64,000 nt of DNA from Pseudomonadota bacterium (GCA_027320085.1 DAHVLZ010000011.1:32001-96000); one strand, 5' to 3'; positions 38,249 through 48,946 are shown, counted from the first letter of the stretch. Made by a program: numbers and translations. Notes: a model not told the origin generated them from the sequence alone.

Positions 38249-39011
38249 GGCTCTTCGGTGCCATCCGACCGGCACGGTAGGCCCGCCGGCCGGCGATCAC
38301 CGCATCGCGCATGGCTTGGGCCATGAGCACCGGATCACGTGCAGAGGCGATCGCCGTGTTCATGAGCACGGCTTCACATCCGAGTTCCATCGCGATGGCG
38401 GCGTCGGAAGCCGTTCCCACCCCCGCATCGACCAGGACTGGCACCCGGCAACGTTCCACGATCAACCGGATGTTATGGGGGTTCAGGATACCCAGTCCGG
38501 ATCCGATCGGGGCCGCAAGCGGCATGACCGCGTGGGCACCAGCCTCGGCCAGCCGTTGGGCCAGAACCGGATCGTCCGTGGTATAGACCAAAACCCAGAA
38601 TCCTTCCGCGACCAGCCGTTCGGTCGCCCGCAGGGTCTCGAGTCCATCCGGATAGAGGGACAGGTCATCACCCACCACTTCAAGCTTGACGAGCGGGGCG
38701 CCATCAAGCAGGGCGCGGGCCTGGCGGGCAACCCGGATGGCTTCCTCGGCCGTCCGGCAACCGGCCGTATTCGGCAGGATCGTGTAACGATCGGGTGACA
38801 GAAAATCCAGGAGGTTGGGGCGCTCCCGGTCCTGGCCGATATTGGTGCGGCGGATGGCCACCGTCACGATCTCGGCCCCGCTCGCCTCGACCGCGTCCCG
38901 CGTCTGTTCCAGATCCCGGTACTTGCCGGTCCCGACCAAAAGACGCGAGTGGAAGCGGCGGCCGGCCAGCAGCCAGTCGTCGTCCCCGTCCCGGGTGGCC
39001 AGCGTCCCCAT
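38208..39011 (-). CDS. thiG: Thiazole synthase
   Basis: [43 protein letters not shown]. Confidence 0.96.
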   Translation of the reverse strand: MGTLATRDGDDDWLLAGRRFHSRLLVGTGKYRDLEQTRDAVEASGAEIVTVAIRRTNIGQDRERPNLLDFLSPDRYTILPNTAGCRTAEEAIRVARQARALLDGAPLVKLEVVGDDLSLYPDGLETLRATERLVAEGFWVLVYTTDDPVLAQRLAEAGAHAVMPLAAPIGSGLGILNPHNIRLIVERCRVPVLVDAGVGTASDAAIAMELGCEAVLMNTAIASARDPVLMAQAMRDAVIAGRRAYRAGRMAPKSHASASSPRRDTAA

Positions 39012-39015
39012 GCGC

Positions 39016-39216
39016 CTAGCCGCCACCCACGGCCTGGATGACCTCGACGACATCCCCCTCGCCCAGCTGGTGTTCCGGATACTCGCTCTTCGGGATGACC
39101 CGACCGTTGCATTCGATGGCCCGCTTGCCCGGACCGAGGGCCAAAACGTCGATGAGGCCTGCAACCGTGAGAGCTGCATTCACCTCGCGAGGCTCGCCAT
39201 TCACGATAATGCGCAT
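39016..39216 (-). CDS. thiS: Sulfur carrier protein ThiS
   Basis: MRIIVNGE...[14 protein letters not shown]-terminal GG. Confidence 0.93.
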   Translation of the reverse strand: MRIIVNGEPREVNAALTVAGLIDVLALGPGKRAIECNGRVIPKSEYPEHQLGEGDVVEVIQAVGGG

Positions 39217-39374
39217 CCTTGCAATTCTACCCCTCGCGGTTGCGGCAATCCATCCCAGAAACCGCCTCCCCGGACCCGGGGGGCCGCCATCCCCGGGCCG
39301 GCGCGGGGGTTCTGGTAAAATTCCAAGGTCATGCATGACCCTCCGGCCGCACCCCCCGCCACCCCCCCCCTTCC

Positions 39375-40685
39375 ATGACCCTCGCGCTCATCGGCATCAG
39401 TCATGCGAGCGCTCCCCTGCAGCTCCGCGAACCATTGGCTGTCTCCCCGGAACGGCTGGTGCCGGAACTTCAACGGGCACGCTCGGATCCCAGCCTGTCT
39501 GAAGTCGTGATCCTCTCCACCTGCAACCGGACCGAACTCTACTATCACTCGGATCAGGAGGCCACCCCGGCGCTCGAGTCCGGCCGTCGCTGGCTCGTCG
39601 GCCTCAATCCGGAGGCGACCCCCGATGCGCTCGCCCCCCATATCTACGGACATGAATCCCTGGACGTGATCCGCCACCTGCTCCGGGTTGCCTCCGGCCT
39701 CGACTCCCAGGTGGTGGGGGAGCCGCAGATTCTGGGACAGGTCAAGGAGGCCTATGAACAGGCCCATCAAAACGGCTTCGTCGGACCGGAACTCAACCGG
39801 ATGTTCCAGTTCGTCTTTCTCACGGCCAAGCAGGTCCGCCAGGATTCCGGGATCGGCCTCAAACCCGTCTCCGTGGCCTCGCTCGGCGTCCGTCTCGCCG
39901 AAGAAATCTTCGACGACTTTCCCTCACGAACAGCCTTGCTCATCGGCGCCGGGGAGACCATCGAACTCTCGTTGCAGCACCTTTCCCGCCTGCCGATTTC
40001 CCGCTTCATCATCGCCAACCGTTCACTGGAACGGGCCCGGCGGCTCGCCCACCCGCGCGGCGGATACGCCATCACGCTCGATGAAATCCCGGATCACTTG
40101 GCGGAGGCGGACCTCATCTTCACGGCCGTACAGTCATCTGAGCCATTGCTCACGGCCCGGGAGTTCAAGACGGCGCTCGCCAAGCGCCGCCACGCACCCG
40201 TGTTCGTCATGGACCTCGGCCTGCCGCGCAATGTGGATCCGGAGGTCGGCCAGCTGCCCGGCCTCTTCCTCTACACCCTCGAGCACCTCGAGTCCCTGGC
40301 CCGGCAGAACCGTCATGAACGCCGCCGGGCGGCCGAAACCGCCGAAGGGGTGATCGACGAGGCGCTCCGCGAATATGCCACGAACCTGCGGGGACGCCAG
40401 GCCATCCCCACCATCTGCGCGCTCCGTGAAAAGGCCCAACGGACGCGTCTCGAGACTCTGGCCCAGGCCCGCGGGCTCCTCGAGCGGGGTGAGGCACCCG
40501 AGGCCGTCCTGGAACATCTGGCGCACAGCCTGACCAACCGTCTTCTGCATACCCCAACTGTCCAGCTGCGCGAGGCCGCCCAAGAAGGCCGCGACACGCT
40601 CATCCTGGCCGCCCGCGACCTGTTCGGCCTGGGCGAGACTCCGTCTCCCGAGGCTCCGCCCCCGGGAAAACCAGCTCCGTCGTGA
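39375..40685 (+). CDS. hemA: Glutamyl-tRNA reductase
   Basis: LSTCNRTE, VASGLDSQVVGEPQILGQVK, IGAGE, DLGLPRNV. Confidence 0.96.
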   Translation: MTLALIGISHASAPLQLREPLAVSPERLVPELQRARSDPSLSEVVILSTCNRTELYYHSDQEATPALESGRRWLVGLNPEATPDALAPHIYGHESLDVIRHLLRVASGLDSQVVGEPQILGQVKEAYEQAHQNGFVGPELNRMFQFVFLTAKQVRQDSGIGLKPVSVASLGVRLAEEIFDDFPSRTALLIGAGETIELSLQHLSRLPISRFIIANRSLERARRLAHPRGGYAITLDEIPDHLAEADLIFTAVQSSEPLLTAREFKTALAKRRHAPVFVMDLGLPRNVDPEVGQLPGLFLYTLEHLESLARQNRHERRRAAETAEGVIDEALREYATNLRGRQAIPTICALREKAQRTRLETLAQARGLLERGEAPEAVLEHLAHSLTNRLLHTPTVQLREAAQEGRDTLILAARDLFGLGETPSPEAPPPGKPAPS

Positions 40686-40686
40686 C

Positions 40687-41784
40687 ATGGACCCGACGGA
40701 TCCCCTCCTCGAACGTCTGCGTCCGCTCGTGGAGCGCCACGCGGAACTCACCCGCCACCTGGCCCATAGCGAAACCATCGCCGACCGCGGGCAGTTCCAG
40801 ACCCTGAGCCAGGAATGGGCACGGCTCGATCCGGTGGTCCGGGCAGGGACCGAACTCAGAGGCCTCCTTCACGAACGCGAGGAAACCGAACGCCTGGCCC
40901 GCTCGGAACCGGACCGGGATCTCGGCCTCCTCGCGCGTGAGGAGCAGGCCCGGCTGGACGGACTGATCGCGGCCTGCAGGCTCCGCCTGACCGAACTCAC
41001 GACGCCCCGCGATCCGCTCGAGGAGCTGAACTGCTTTCTTGAAATCCGGGCGGCAACAGGCGGACTCGAGGCGGCGCTTTTTGCCGGCAGCCTGTTCCGC
41101 ATGTACAGCCGCTACGCGGAACGGCGGGGCTGGACGATCGACCTTCTCGGGCAGCATCCCGGAGAACAGGGAGGGTTCAAGGAGATCATCAGCCGCATCG
41201 CCGGCCCCGGTGCCTATGCCGCGCTGCGCCACGAAGGCGGAACGCACCGGGTTCAACGGGTCCCCAAGACCGAATCCCAGGGCCGGATCCACACCTCGAC
41301 CGCCACGGTGGCCGTCCTGCCCGAAACCCCGGAGGGTCCGGGACGGATCGAGATCCCGAGCCAGGAGCTCCGCATCGACACCTTCCGCGCCTCGGGGGCC
41401 GGGGGACAACACGTCAACAAGACCGAATCCGCCGTCCGTCTCACCCATCTGCCGACCGGGCTCGTGGTGGAGTGCCAGGACGAGCGGTCCCAGCACAAAA
41501 ACCGCGCTCGCGCCCTGTCGCTGCTCACGGCCCGCCTCACGGCGCTCCGGCAGGCCGAGGAAACCGAACGGGTCCATGCGCAGAGGCGGGACATGATCGG
41601 CGGCGGGCTACGCGCCGAAAAGATCCGCACCTACAACTTTCCCCAGAACCGGGTCACCGACCACCGTATCGGCCTCAGTCTCTACTCACTCGAATCCCTG
41701 CTTGAGGGCGATCTCGACCCCCTCGTCACCGCGCTGCGCGCAGCCCAGGCTGCCTCAACCGGGGGTGGAGGGGGTTCCGGCTGA
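40687..41784 (+). CDS. prfA: Peptide chain release factor 1
   Basis: HRVQRVPKTESQGRIHTS (PxT), SGAGGQHVN, RTYNFPQNRVTDHRI. Confidence 0.96.
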   Translation: MDPTDPLLERLRPLVERHAELTRHLAHSETIADRGQFQTLSQEWARLDPVVRAGTELRGLLHEREETERLARSEPDRDLGLLAREEQARLDGLIAACRLRLTELTTPRDPLEELNCFLEIRAATGGLEAALFAGSLFRMYSRYAERRGWTIDLLGQHPGEQGGFKEIISRIAGPGAYAALRHEGGTHRVQRVPKTESQGRIHTSTATVAVLPETPEGPGRIEIPSQELRIDTFRASGAGGQHVNKTESAVRLTHLPTGLVVECQDERSQHKNRARALSLLTARLTALRQAEETERVHAQRRDMIGGGLRAEKIRTYNFPQNRVTDHRIGLSLYSLESLLEGDLDPLVTALRAAQAASTGGGGGSG

Positions 41785-42666
41785 GGAAACCGTCTGGGCC
41801 CGCCGGGTTTTGAGATCCCGGTAAAGCACCCACAGGTTCGTGATCACATAAAGGACGGCCAGCCCTTCGAGCAGGGGCCCCACGCCCCACTGGTACCAGC
41901 CCGGCAGGCGGGCCAGGTGCTGCACCCCCTTCATCCAGTGCGCGAACTCCTCTCCCCAGCGTTGTAACCCACCCATCGAGGCCCCCCCCACCGACCCGAG
42001 CGTGGGCATCTCATGCCGGCGGAGAAGAACAGCCTCCCAGAGGGAGGTGAAGCCCGGCACCCAGTCGATCAGGAACAGGAGGGTATAAGGTACGGTGACG
42101 AGCGCCCCGGTCAATTTCCAGTCGACGCGGGCCAGGTTGAAGCTCTCGGCAATCGATGCCACGACGCCCTGACCATCCAGGACAGCGGCCAGCCCGAAGA
42201 GGACACCCCCCACACTGATGATGACGAGGGGGGCCAAAAGGAGGCCCATGCCGAGCACCCAGGAAAGGACTCCGGGCCAGCCGGGGATCAGGCCGAGGAG
42301 CGCGCCCACCACGAGAGCAACCAAGAGGGCCACGAGGGAGGCCGCAAGGAGAATGCCATCGAGCAGGAGGGCCGCCAGAAAATAACGGCCGCTCCGACCG
42401 AGCCCTCTCGACCACCCGAGCGGCTCTGCCCCCGGTTCATGCCGGCTGAGGTAGACCAGAACACCCGCATGGTAGGCACAGGAAAACCCCAGGGCAGCCA
42501 GCCACCACAGGAGTCCGGACGGCCAGTGATCCTCGAGCAGGCGGTAGACCCAGGTCGTGAGGAACAGGATCGGGGCTACCCGGAGCCAGAGCCGGCCAGC
42601 CTCGGCCAGCAGACGATGGAGTGGTGCACTTGCAGTTTTTGTGGAAGAGGAATAATGTATAGACAT
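41755..42666 (-). CDS. Hypothetical multi-pass membrane protein
   Basis: About 6 hydrophobic segments; SIAESFNL and LYRDLK motifs. Confidence 0.65.
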   Translation of the reverse strand: MSIHYSSSTKTASAPLHRLLAEAGRLWLRVAPILFLTTWVYRLLEDHWPSGLLWWLAALGFSCAYHAGVLVYLSRHEPGAEPLGWSRGLGRSGRYFLAALLLDGILLAASLVALLVALVVGALLGLIPGWPGVLSWVLGMGLLLAPLVIISVGGVLFGLAAVLDGQGVVASIAESFNLARVDWKLTGALVTVPYTLLFLIDWVPGFTSLWEAVLLRRHEMPTLGSVGGASMGGLQRWGEEFAHWMKGVQHLARLPGWYQWGVGPLLEGLAVLYVITNLWVLYRDLKTRRAQTVSSAGTPSTPG

Positions 42667-42769
42667 GCTCGATACGAGTTTTGGCAGCGTTGCTGAACCG
42701 TATGGACGAAGCTCAGTCGGTATGATCCGTCACCATCAATATATCAGACCCCACAGGAGGAATGATTCG

Positions 42770-42991
42770 ATGAAAAAAGCCTTACTGCTCAGCGCAGGGG
42801 TGTTGATTCTTGCCTTGGCTGCTTGCAGCAAGACCCCCGCCCCAGCTCCGAAAACCTCTTCTGCCGCTTCCAGCACCAGCATGATGGCGCCGGCGGCTCC
42901 TGCAATGGCCACTGCGACCAAGACCCCGAGCGCGGCCACCAAGGCCAAGGCAACGAAAGCCCCCTCGTCCGCAACCCACACGGGTTCGTAA
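42770..42991 (+). CDS. Small Ala/Pro/Thr/Lys-rich lipoprotein
   Basis: AGGAGG RBS, MKKALLLSAGVLILALAAC lipobox, followed by a terminator. Confidence 0.8.
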   Translation: MKKALLLSAGVLILALAACSKTPAPAPKTSSAASSTSMMAPAAPAMATATKTPSAATKAKATKAPSSATHTGS

Positions 42992-43035
42992 GACGGGTTG
43001 GTGATCGGTCGATCTCAAGACTCTTGAGGTCATGG

Positions 43036-43067
43036 GAAAGGCGGACTCCGGTCCGCCTTTCTTTTTT
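43036..43067 (+). terminator. Rho-independent terminator
   Basis: GAAAGGCGGAC-TCCG-GTCCGCCTTTC followed by a T run. Confidence 0.85.
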
Positions 43068-43342
43068 GGGCGGCCTGCGGAAGCGGGGACAGACGGCTCC
43101 GCAGTCCCGGTGTCAGGGAAAGGCCGGTTCATGCGATCCGGATGGAACAGGAGGATCCCCCTCACCCGGACCTGCAATCCCGGTGACCCGCGGGGCCGTA
43201 ACACGCAGCGCCGGGGACGGCACCCCGGCACACCCGCAAACGGCCCGGGAATCGAGGGGACTCCTCGCGAGGGGTTAGGCGCGGGCGTGGACGGAATTGC
43301 CCGCGAGGTTTCAGTGCCGGAACGTGGCCACGCCGGCAGCCC

Positions 43343-43948
43343 TCACTCCACTACCCGGCTTTCACCTGACTTCTTGAAGTGGATGACCTTGACCAGTGTG
43401 CCCTGGTTCATGAACCACTCCGAGACGATCCTGCCCTGTTGCCGAACCTCAATCACATACTTGCTGTCCACCGGAGGCAGCTTCGCCAGGAGCCGCCTCA
43501 GTGCCGCTGGATCAAAGTGGTGGACTCGCGGCAGGAATTCCTGCACGACACCCCGGAAGCTGGCCGGATAGTTGTAAAAGGTTTCGTTTTGATACAGGAA
43601 GTGTTGGCCATTGGTCTCGCAAAACAGGAGGGCCCGGTTCCTCAAATGGGAGCCGAGCGGGTAATGAAACTTGCAAACCACAAGATTGCGATCCTGGGGA
43701 GCGCTCGACCACGTGCGAGCCAGCCCCGCCTTGATGAGACCGAGAACCACCATATGGGGGATCTCATGGCCATTGACCCTGATCTTGCCGAGCCAGGTGG
43801 TCTCTCGCTCGGGCAAGTTGCGATACCCGACCCCGTGGTCGCTGCGGGGGCTTCCGCGCAGGTCTCTCGCCCACGCGAGCTGCAGGGCAAGGCCGTTGGT
43901 GGCCAGAAACACGCCCAAAACCAGCCAGACAACCCGTCTCATGTTCAT
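43343..43948 (-). CDS. Hypothetical exported protein
   Basis: GAGGAG RBS, signal peptide, paired Cys (VVCKF...LFCETN). Confidence 0.65.
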   Translation of the reverse strand: MNMRRVVWLVLGVFLATNGLALQLAWARDLRGSPRSDHGVGYRNLPERETTWLGKIRVNGHEIPHMVVLGLIKAGLARTWSSAPQDRNLVVCKFHYPLGSHLRNRALLFCETNGQHFLYQNETFYNYPASFRGVVQEFLPRVHHFDPAALRRLLAKLPPVDSKYVIEVRQQGRIVSEWFMNQGTLVKVIHFKKSGESRVVE

Positions 43949-44180
43949 TGGACTCCTCCTTCGCGTTTCCCGCGATTGCTGATTCCCGGGCCCCGGGGCA
44001 AAACCGCCCGAGCCGGTTTCGACTGTATGTCCATCCTCCGAGATTTGTCAAGGCGGGCAAGCAGCCCCGGGAGATTCTTTTCAATCTGGGGATGCCGATG
44101 GGAAGGCGAGCGGCACACACCGGCCCGGCCGGTCCCGCGATCCGCCAAGGAGACCCCCGGACGGGTTTCCCCGGGCCTTA

Positions 44181-44675
44181 TTACTGGAGGCGTGTCCCCG
44201 GCGGGAGGTAACCCGCCTCCGGACCGGGTGCCGGTTCGTTCTGCGGTGGCGGCAACGCGATGCCGAAATCGCGACGCAGCTTCTCGAGTCCCGCGCCAGT
44301 CAGCCGGAACCCCCCAGCAGGGCTGCTCGGATTGACGATGATTCCCACCCCGGGCGGCAGGCCGGCCATCACCAGCCCACCCAGAACTTTCTCGGCGGTA
44401 TGCTGGCCTTCCAGCATTGCGGCGTGCCGCATCGCTTCGTCCTCACTCAGGAAAAACGCGAGGTGGCGGCCGGTCTCCGGCAGATCCACAACCAGGGCCT
44501 CGAGACGGCGAGCCTCGGCCGATCCCGGCGTTCCGGACTCATGGAGCCGGTGGAGCGTATAGAGCGTGGCCCGGCACAAGGCTTCATAGCAGGTCACCGG
44601 CGAGACCTGGCCGTTTTTGAGACCTTCGATCAGGTAGCGGATTTCCTGTTCAGAATCGAAATCGACCGGGCTCAT
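44181..44675 (-). CDS. SseB-like protein
   Basis: Short alpha/beta ORF with LAFF and GIIVNP motifs; coupled to the upstream gene by an ATGA overlap. Confidence 0.55.
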   Translation of the reverse strand: MSPVDFDSEQEIRYLIEGLKNGQVSPVTCYEALCRATLYTLHRLHESGTPGSAEARRLEALVVDLPETGRHLAFFLSEDEAMRHAAMLEGQHTAEKVLGGLVMAGLPPGVGIIVNPSSPAGGFRLTGAGLEKLRRDFGIALPPPQNEPAPGPEAGYLPPGTRLQ

Positions 44676-45856
44676 GGGGGGTTCTCCTCAGCGTGTTCGA
44701 AAGCCTGCTCGAGATCGGCCACAAGGTCCTCGAGATCCTCGATGCCGACCGACAGCCGGATCAGCCCGTCCTCGATGCCCAAGGCGGCCCGCTCGTAGGG
44801 CGGCACACTGGCATGGGTCATGAGGGCCGGATGCTCGATCAGGCTCTCAACCCCGCCCAGGCTTTCGGCCAGCGTGAAGCACCGGACGCGTTCGAGAATC
44901 CGGCGCGCGGCCGGCAGGCCGCCCCGGACCACGATCGAAAGCATGCCTCCCCCACTCGTCATCTGGCGGCGCGCCAGGGCAAAGTCCGGATGGCTCGGCA
45001 GCCCGGGATAAATCACCCGCTCGACCGCGGGGTGGGAAGCGAGCCAGCGGGCGAGTTCGAGTGCCTGGGCGCAGTGACGCTCCATGCGCAGCGCCAGGGA
45101 ATGGATGCCACGCACGGTCAGGAAGCAGTCGAAGGGGCTCGGGATGGCCCCGGTGCTGTTCTGCAGATAGGCCAGACGTTCCTCGAGATCGGTCCGGTCC
45201 GGATGCACCACCACGCACCCGCCGACCACGTCCGAGTGTCCGTTCAGGTACTTGGTCGTGGAGTGGACGACCAGATCAAAACCCTGCTCCAGGGGACGCT
45301 GGATCCACGGCGTGGCAAACGTATTGTCCGCCACGGTGATGGCGCCCTGGGCGCGGGCGTCGCGTGCAACCGCCTCCAAGTCCACGATCCTGAGGAGTGG
45401 GTTGGTGGGGCTCTCGATCCAGACGAGATCCGGTTTTTCGGCCAGTGCCGCCGCCCGCAGGTCCGCCTGACGGAGATCGACGTAACGGACGCGCAAGCCA
45501 GCACCCGGCGTGCGCACCTGGCTCAGGAGCCTCCGGGTTCCTCCATAGAGATCATCCATCGCGAGCACGCGGCCGCCGGCCGGCAAGAGTTCGAGGACAG
45601 CCGCCGATGCCGCGAGCCCGGACGCGAAGGCAAATGCCCGCCGCCCGCTCTCGAGATCGGCGAGCACCTGTTCGAGCACCTCGCGGGTGGGATTGCGGGT
45701 CCGCGAATACTCGTAGCCCAGATGGATTCCGGGGCTCTTCTGGCGGTACGTGGAGGTGGCATAGATCGGGACATTGACCGCACCGGTCAAGGGGTCCGCC
45801 TCCTGGCCGGCGTGGAGCGCCCGCGTGGCAAATCCCGGACGACGGGACCCGGTCAT
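44672..45856 (-). CDS. Cystathionine gamma-lyase/gamma-synthase family PLP enzyme
   Basis: YEYSRTRNPTR, FASGLAA, DDLYGGT, ESPTNP, DNTFA, HSTTKYLNGHSD, LAESLGGVESL. Confidence 0.92.
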   Translation of the reverse strand: MTGSRRPGFATRALHAGQEADPLTGAVNVPIYATSTYRQKSPGIHLGYEYSRTRNPTREVLEQVLADLESGRRAFAFASGLAASAAVLELLPAGGRVLAMDDLYGGTRRLLSQVRTPGAGLRVRYVDLRQADLRAAALAEKPDLVWIESPTNPLLRIVDLEAVARDARAQGAITVADNTFATPWIQRPLEQGFDLVVHSTTKYLNGHSDVVGGCVVVHPDRTDLEERLAYLQNSTGAIPSPFDCFLTVRGIHSLALRMERHCAQALELARWLASHPAVERVIYPGLPSHPDFALARRQMTSGGGMLSIVVRGGLPAARRILERVRCFTLAESLGGVESLIEHPALMTHASVPPYERAALGIEDGLIRLSVGIEDLEDLVADLEQAFEHAEENPP

Positions 45857-47238
45857 GGGTGACGTGCCATGGCTTCGGCCATGCGCCGGAACTGGATGAT
45901 GACGTCGCTGCGGGTGACCAGGCCGTAGAACTGGCCGTCCCTCAGGATGCCGACCGAGGGCTCGGCCTCGAGTTTCATGACGAGCTCGTTGAGCGAAGCA
46001 CTGGAATCCAGGGTGACGAGACCCCGCTTGGGTACACTTTTCACCGGGCTCGAAAACAGCCGGCAGTCCTTGGCCAGGGCGCTCATGACGTCGGTTTCGG
46101 TGAGTAGTCCGACCAATCGCCCGTCTGACGACATGACCGGGAGCTGTGAAAACTCACCTTGCCGCATGCGACGGTAGGCCACCTCCAGGCTATCTTCGGG
46201 AGCCACCGTGACGACCTGGCCGTCCGACTGCCGGCGCGAGACGAAATCCCGGAGATCGCCCTGCCGCCGCTGCGGGGTCAGGCCGTGCTCATACAGCCAG
46301 CCTGCGTTGAAGACCTTGGACAGATAGCGGGTTCCGGTATCACAGGCCAGGGTCAGGATCCGCTTCGGAACCGTCTGCTCACGGGCATAGCGCACGGCAG
46401 CGGACATCAGGGCACCGGTCGAAGTTCCAGCCAGGATACCGGTCGTGCGCAACAGATCCCGGACCATCGCAAAAGACTCGGCATCCGGAATCGTGAAAGC
46501 CCGATCGACCAGACTGAGGTCACCGATCGGCGGAATGTAGTCCTCACCGATTCCCTCGACCAACCAGCTTCCTTTCTTCGCGAGTTGGCCCGTCTTCAGG
46601 TAGCCCGCGACCACCGAACCGGCCGGGTCGGCCAGGACGATTTCGATTTTCGGATTTTTCCGCTTGAGATAGCGGCCGACCCCGGTCAGGGTCCCCGTGG
46701 TCCCGGCACCCAAAACGACCGCATCGAGATTCCCTTCCATCTGTTCCCAGATTTCAGGACCGGTGCTTTGTTCATGGATCCGGGGATTGTCGGGGTTCCC
46801 GAACTGGTTGATGTAGTAGCCCCCCCGCTCGCGGGCCAGACGCTCTGCGAGATCCTGGTAATACTCGGGGTGTCCACGGCTCACATCCGATCGCGTGACC
46901 AGGATTTCAACCCCCATGGCCCGCAACTGTGAGACTTTCTCGCCACTCATCTTGTCCGGAACGACGAGGAGCAGGGGGTAGCCTTTCCGGAGGGCCACCA
47001 GGGCCAGCCCGATGCCGGTGTTTCCGGCCGTGGCCTCGACGAGCAGCCGCGGCGGGCTGATGTCGCCACGGGTTTCGGCCGCCTCGATAAGGCCCACCGC
47101 CACCCGGTCCTTGATCGACCCCCCCGGGTTCATGAGTTCGAGCTTGAGAAAGAGGCGGCACGGCCCGAGGTCGAACCCCGAAACTTCCATGACCGGGGTC
47201 CTGCCGACCAGGTCCAAAAGGCTTTGATAGACTGCCAC
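45853..47238 (-). CDS. cbs: Cystathionine beta-synthase with C-terminal CBS domains
   Basis: KLELMNPGGSIKDR, EATAGNTG, PDKMS.EK, GTTGT, VEGIGED, then a CBS pair; GTG start 47238. Confidence 0.9.
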   Translation of the reverse strand: MAVYQSLLDLVGRTPVMEVSGFDLGPCRLFLKLELMNPGGSIKDRVAVGLIEAAETRGDISPPRLLVEATAGNTGIGLALVALRKGYPLLLVVPDKMSGEKVSQLRAMGVEILVTRSDVSRGHPEYYQDLAERLARERGGYYINQFGNPDNPRIHEQSTGPEIWEQMEGNLDAVVLGAGTTGTLTGVGRYLKRKNPKIEIVLADPAGSVVAGYLKTGQLAKKGSWLVEGIGEDYIPPIGDLSLVDRAFTIPDAESFAMVRDLLRTTGILAGTSTGALMSAAVRYAREQTVPKRILTLACDTGTRYLSKVFNAGWLYEHGLTPQRRQGDLRDFVSRRQSDGQVVTVAPEDSLEVAYRRMRQGEFSQLPVMSSDGRLVGLLTETDVMSALAKDCRLFSSPVKSVPKRGLVTLDSSASLNELVMKLEAEPSVGILRDGQFYGLVTRSDVIIQFRRMAEAMARHP

Positions 47239-47265
47239 GATTCCCCAACACCCGTCTGGACGGGC

Positions 47266-48159
47266 ATGAAAACGGGTTATTTTAACAAAACCGGCCCTCC
47301 CTCTCCGCCGGCCACCATTGCCCTGGCCTGCCGGGCCGCCGCAGACGCGCTCCCTCCCGAACCCGAGGCTTGGCGGGAAAGCGTGTCCCTCATGGCCATC
47401 GCCCTTCAAACCACCCGGGAACGGGTCTTGGCCGAACCGGACCGGCCGCTCACCCCCCGGGTCCGCCGACGTTTCAGTGCCCTGGTGTCGCGGCGGATCC
47501 AAGGCTGGCCACTCGCCTACCTCAGTGGACACCGCGAGTTCTGGTCCCTGGACTTTCGGGTGACGCAAGCCACCTTGGTGCCACGACCCGAGACCGAAGC
47601 CCTGGTGGCCACCGTCTGCGCGTTGATCCCGACCCGGCCATCCGGCCGACTCCTGGATCTCGGGACCGGTAGCGGGATCCTGGCCGTGGCCCTGGCTCAC
47701 GAACGACCGGAACTCGAGATCTGGGCGACCGATCTCGACCCACGCGCGCTCCGGATTGCGCGTGCCAATGCCCGGCGGCTCGGCGGGCGGCCGATCCGGT
47801 TCCGTGTCGGGGACTGGTTCGACGCCCTTCCGCGATCACTCCGTTTCGATGCGATCGTGAGCAATCCGCCCTATCTTGCAGACTCCGATCCCCACCTAGC
47901 GGATGACGGCCTCCGTTTCGAGCCGCGCCGGAGCCTGGCCGCGGGACCGACAGGCCTCGAAGCCCTGCTTGTCCTCATCCGGGACTCGGCCGCCCGACTG
48001 AATGCCGGGGGCTTTCTGGCACTGGAACATGCACCGGCACAGCAGGTGGCCGTACATGCGGCCTTCCGAGGCGGCGGTTGGGTCCGCATACAAAGCTACA
48101 CGGACATCGCGGGACATCCCCAAGGTAGTTTTGCTTTCCGGCCCTGGATTGTTTCGTGA
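47266..48159 (+). CDS. prmC: Release factor glutamine methyltransferase
   Basis: PLAYLSGHREFWSL, LVPRPETE, LDLGTGSG, VSNPPY, RFEP. Confidence 0.93.
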   Translation: MKTGYFNKTGPPSPPATIALACRAAADALPPEPEAWRESVSLMAIALQTTRERVLAEPDRPLTPRVRRRFSALVSRRIQGWPLAYLSGHREFWSLDFRVTQATLVPRPETEALVATVCALIPTRPSGRLLDLGTGSGILAVALAHERPELEIWATDLDPRALRIARANARRLGGRPIRFRVGDWFDALPRSLRFDAIVSNPPYLADSDPHLADDGLRFEPRRSLAAGPTGLEALLVLIRDSAARLNAGGFLALEHAPAQQVAVHAAFRGGGWVRIQSYTDIAGHPQGSFAFRPWIVS

Positions 48160-48946
48160 TTTCAGGGAGATTCGCCTTCGATAACTCCGCATGCGCCAGA
48201 ATCGCCGCGCGCAATTTCCCGTCGCCATAGGGAAAGCATAATGGCCCCAGGGTAACACGCTCCCCCTGGTCTCCCGGCAATCGCAGATCCAGCAGAAAAG
48301 AACCATCGTCCAGTGCGCGAGCGACGCAGCCTTGGCAACCGGCGGTTTCATCACTGGAACCAAGTACCAGGAACTGGGTGGAGCGCGCAGCTCTCCAGTC
48401 GGACAACCATTCCTCGTGGTCCTGGTAGCCGTTCTCGGCCAGATGATGCTGCTTGCCGAAAAGCTTTCGTCCGCCAAAGCAGATGCCCGTGCCCATGGGG
48501 CGGTGCAGATCTTCGATGACGTGCGACTGGCGCTCCAGGAGATTGCGCAGCTTGCGCTTCTTCTGGTGCAGCCGGTTTTCCAGCCGATTCAAGCGCTTTC
48601 GATCCACGATCGCCTTGCCGCGCTCCCTGACGATTTGCCGCTCGATCCTTGGCAACAGTTTTTGGATGGCTGTTACCTTTTCACTCAGGATATTCTCCTG
48701 GTGTTTCAGGTTCTCTGCGCGGTTTTCCGCCAATCCTTCAACATGGGACCGCACGGCGTTGAACTGACGCGCGGTAACAGCGAAGCGCCGCAGGTAGCCG
48801 TTTTTGAAGGACGCTCCATTTCTCTTCTCTCGCGCCATGTCGACCGCCAGATGGCGGGCGACCAGATTGAACCGGTTCGCATAGCCTGCCAAAGCTGCAT
48901 CCTGTTCCGCAGTCAGATTGCGCAATCGGGTGTGCAGCGTGATCAT
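48140..48946 (-). pseudogene. tnpB: TnpB-like protein, N-terminal part only (no RuvC)
   Basis: TARQFNA, ICFGGRKLF, FLVLGSSDETAGCQ, LRLP; the frame then runs antisense into prmC. Confidence 0.72.
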
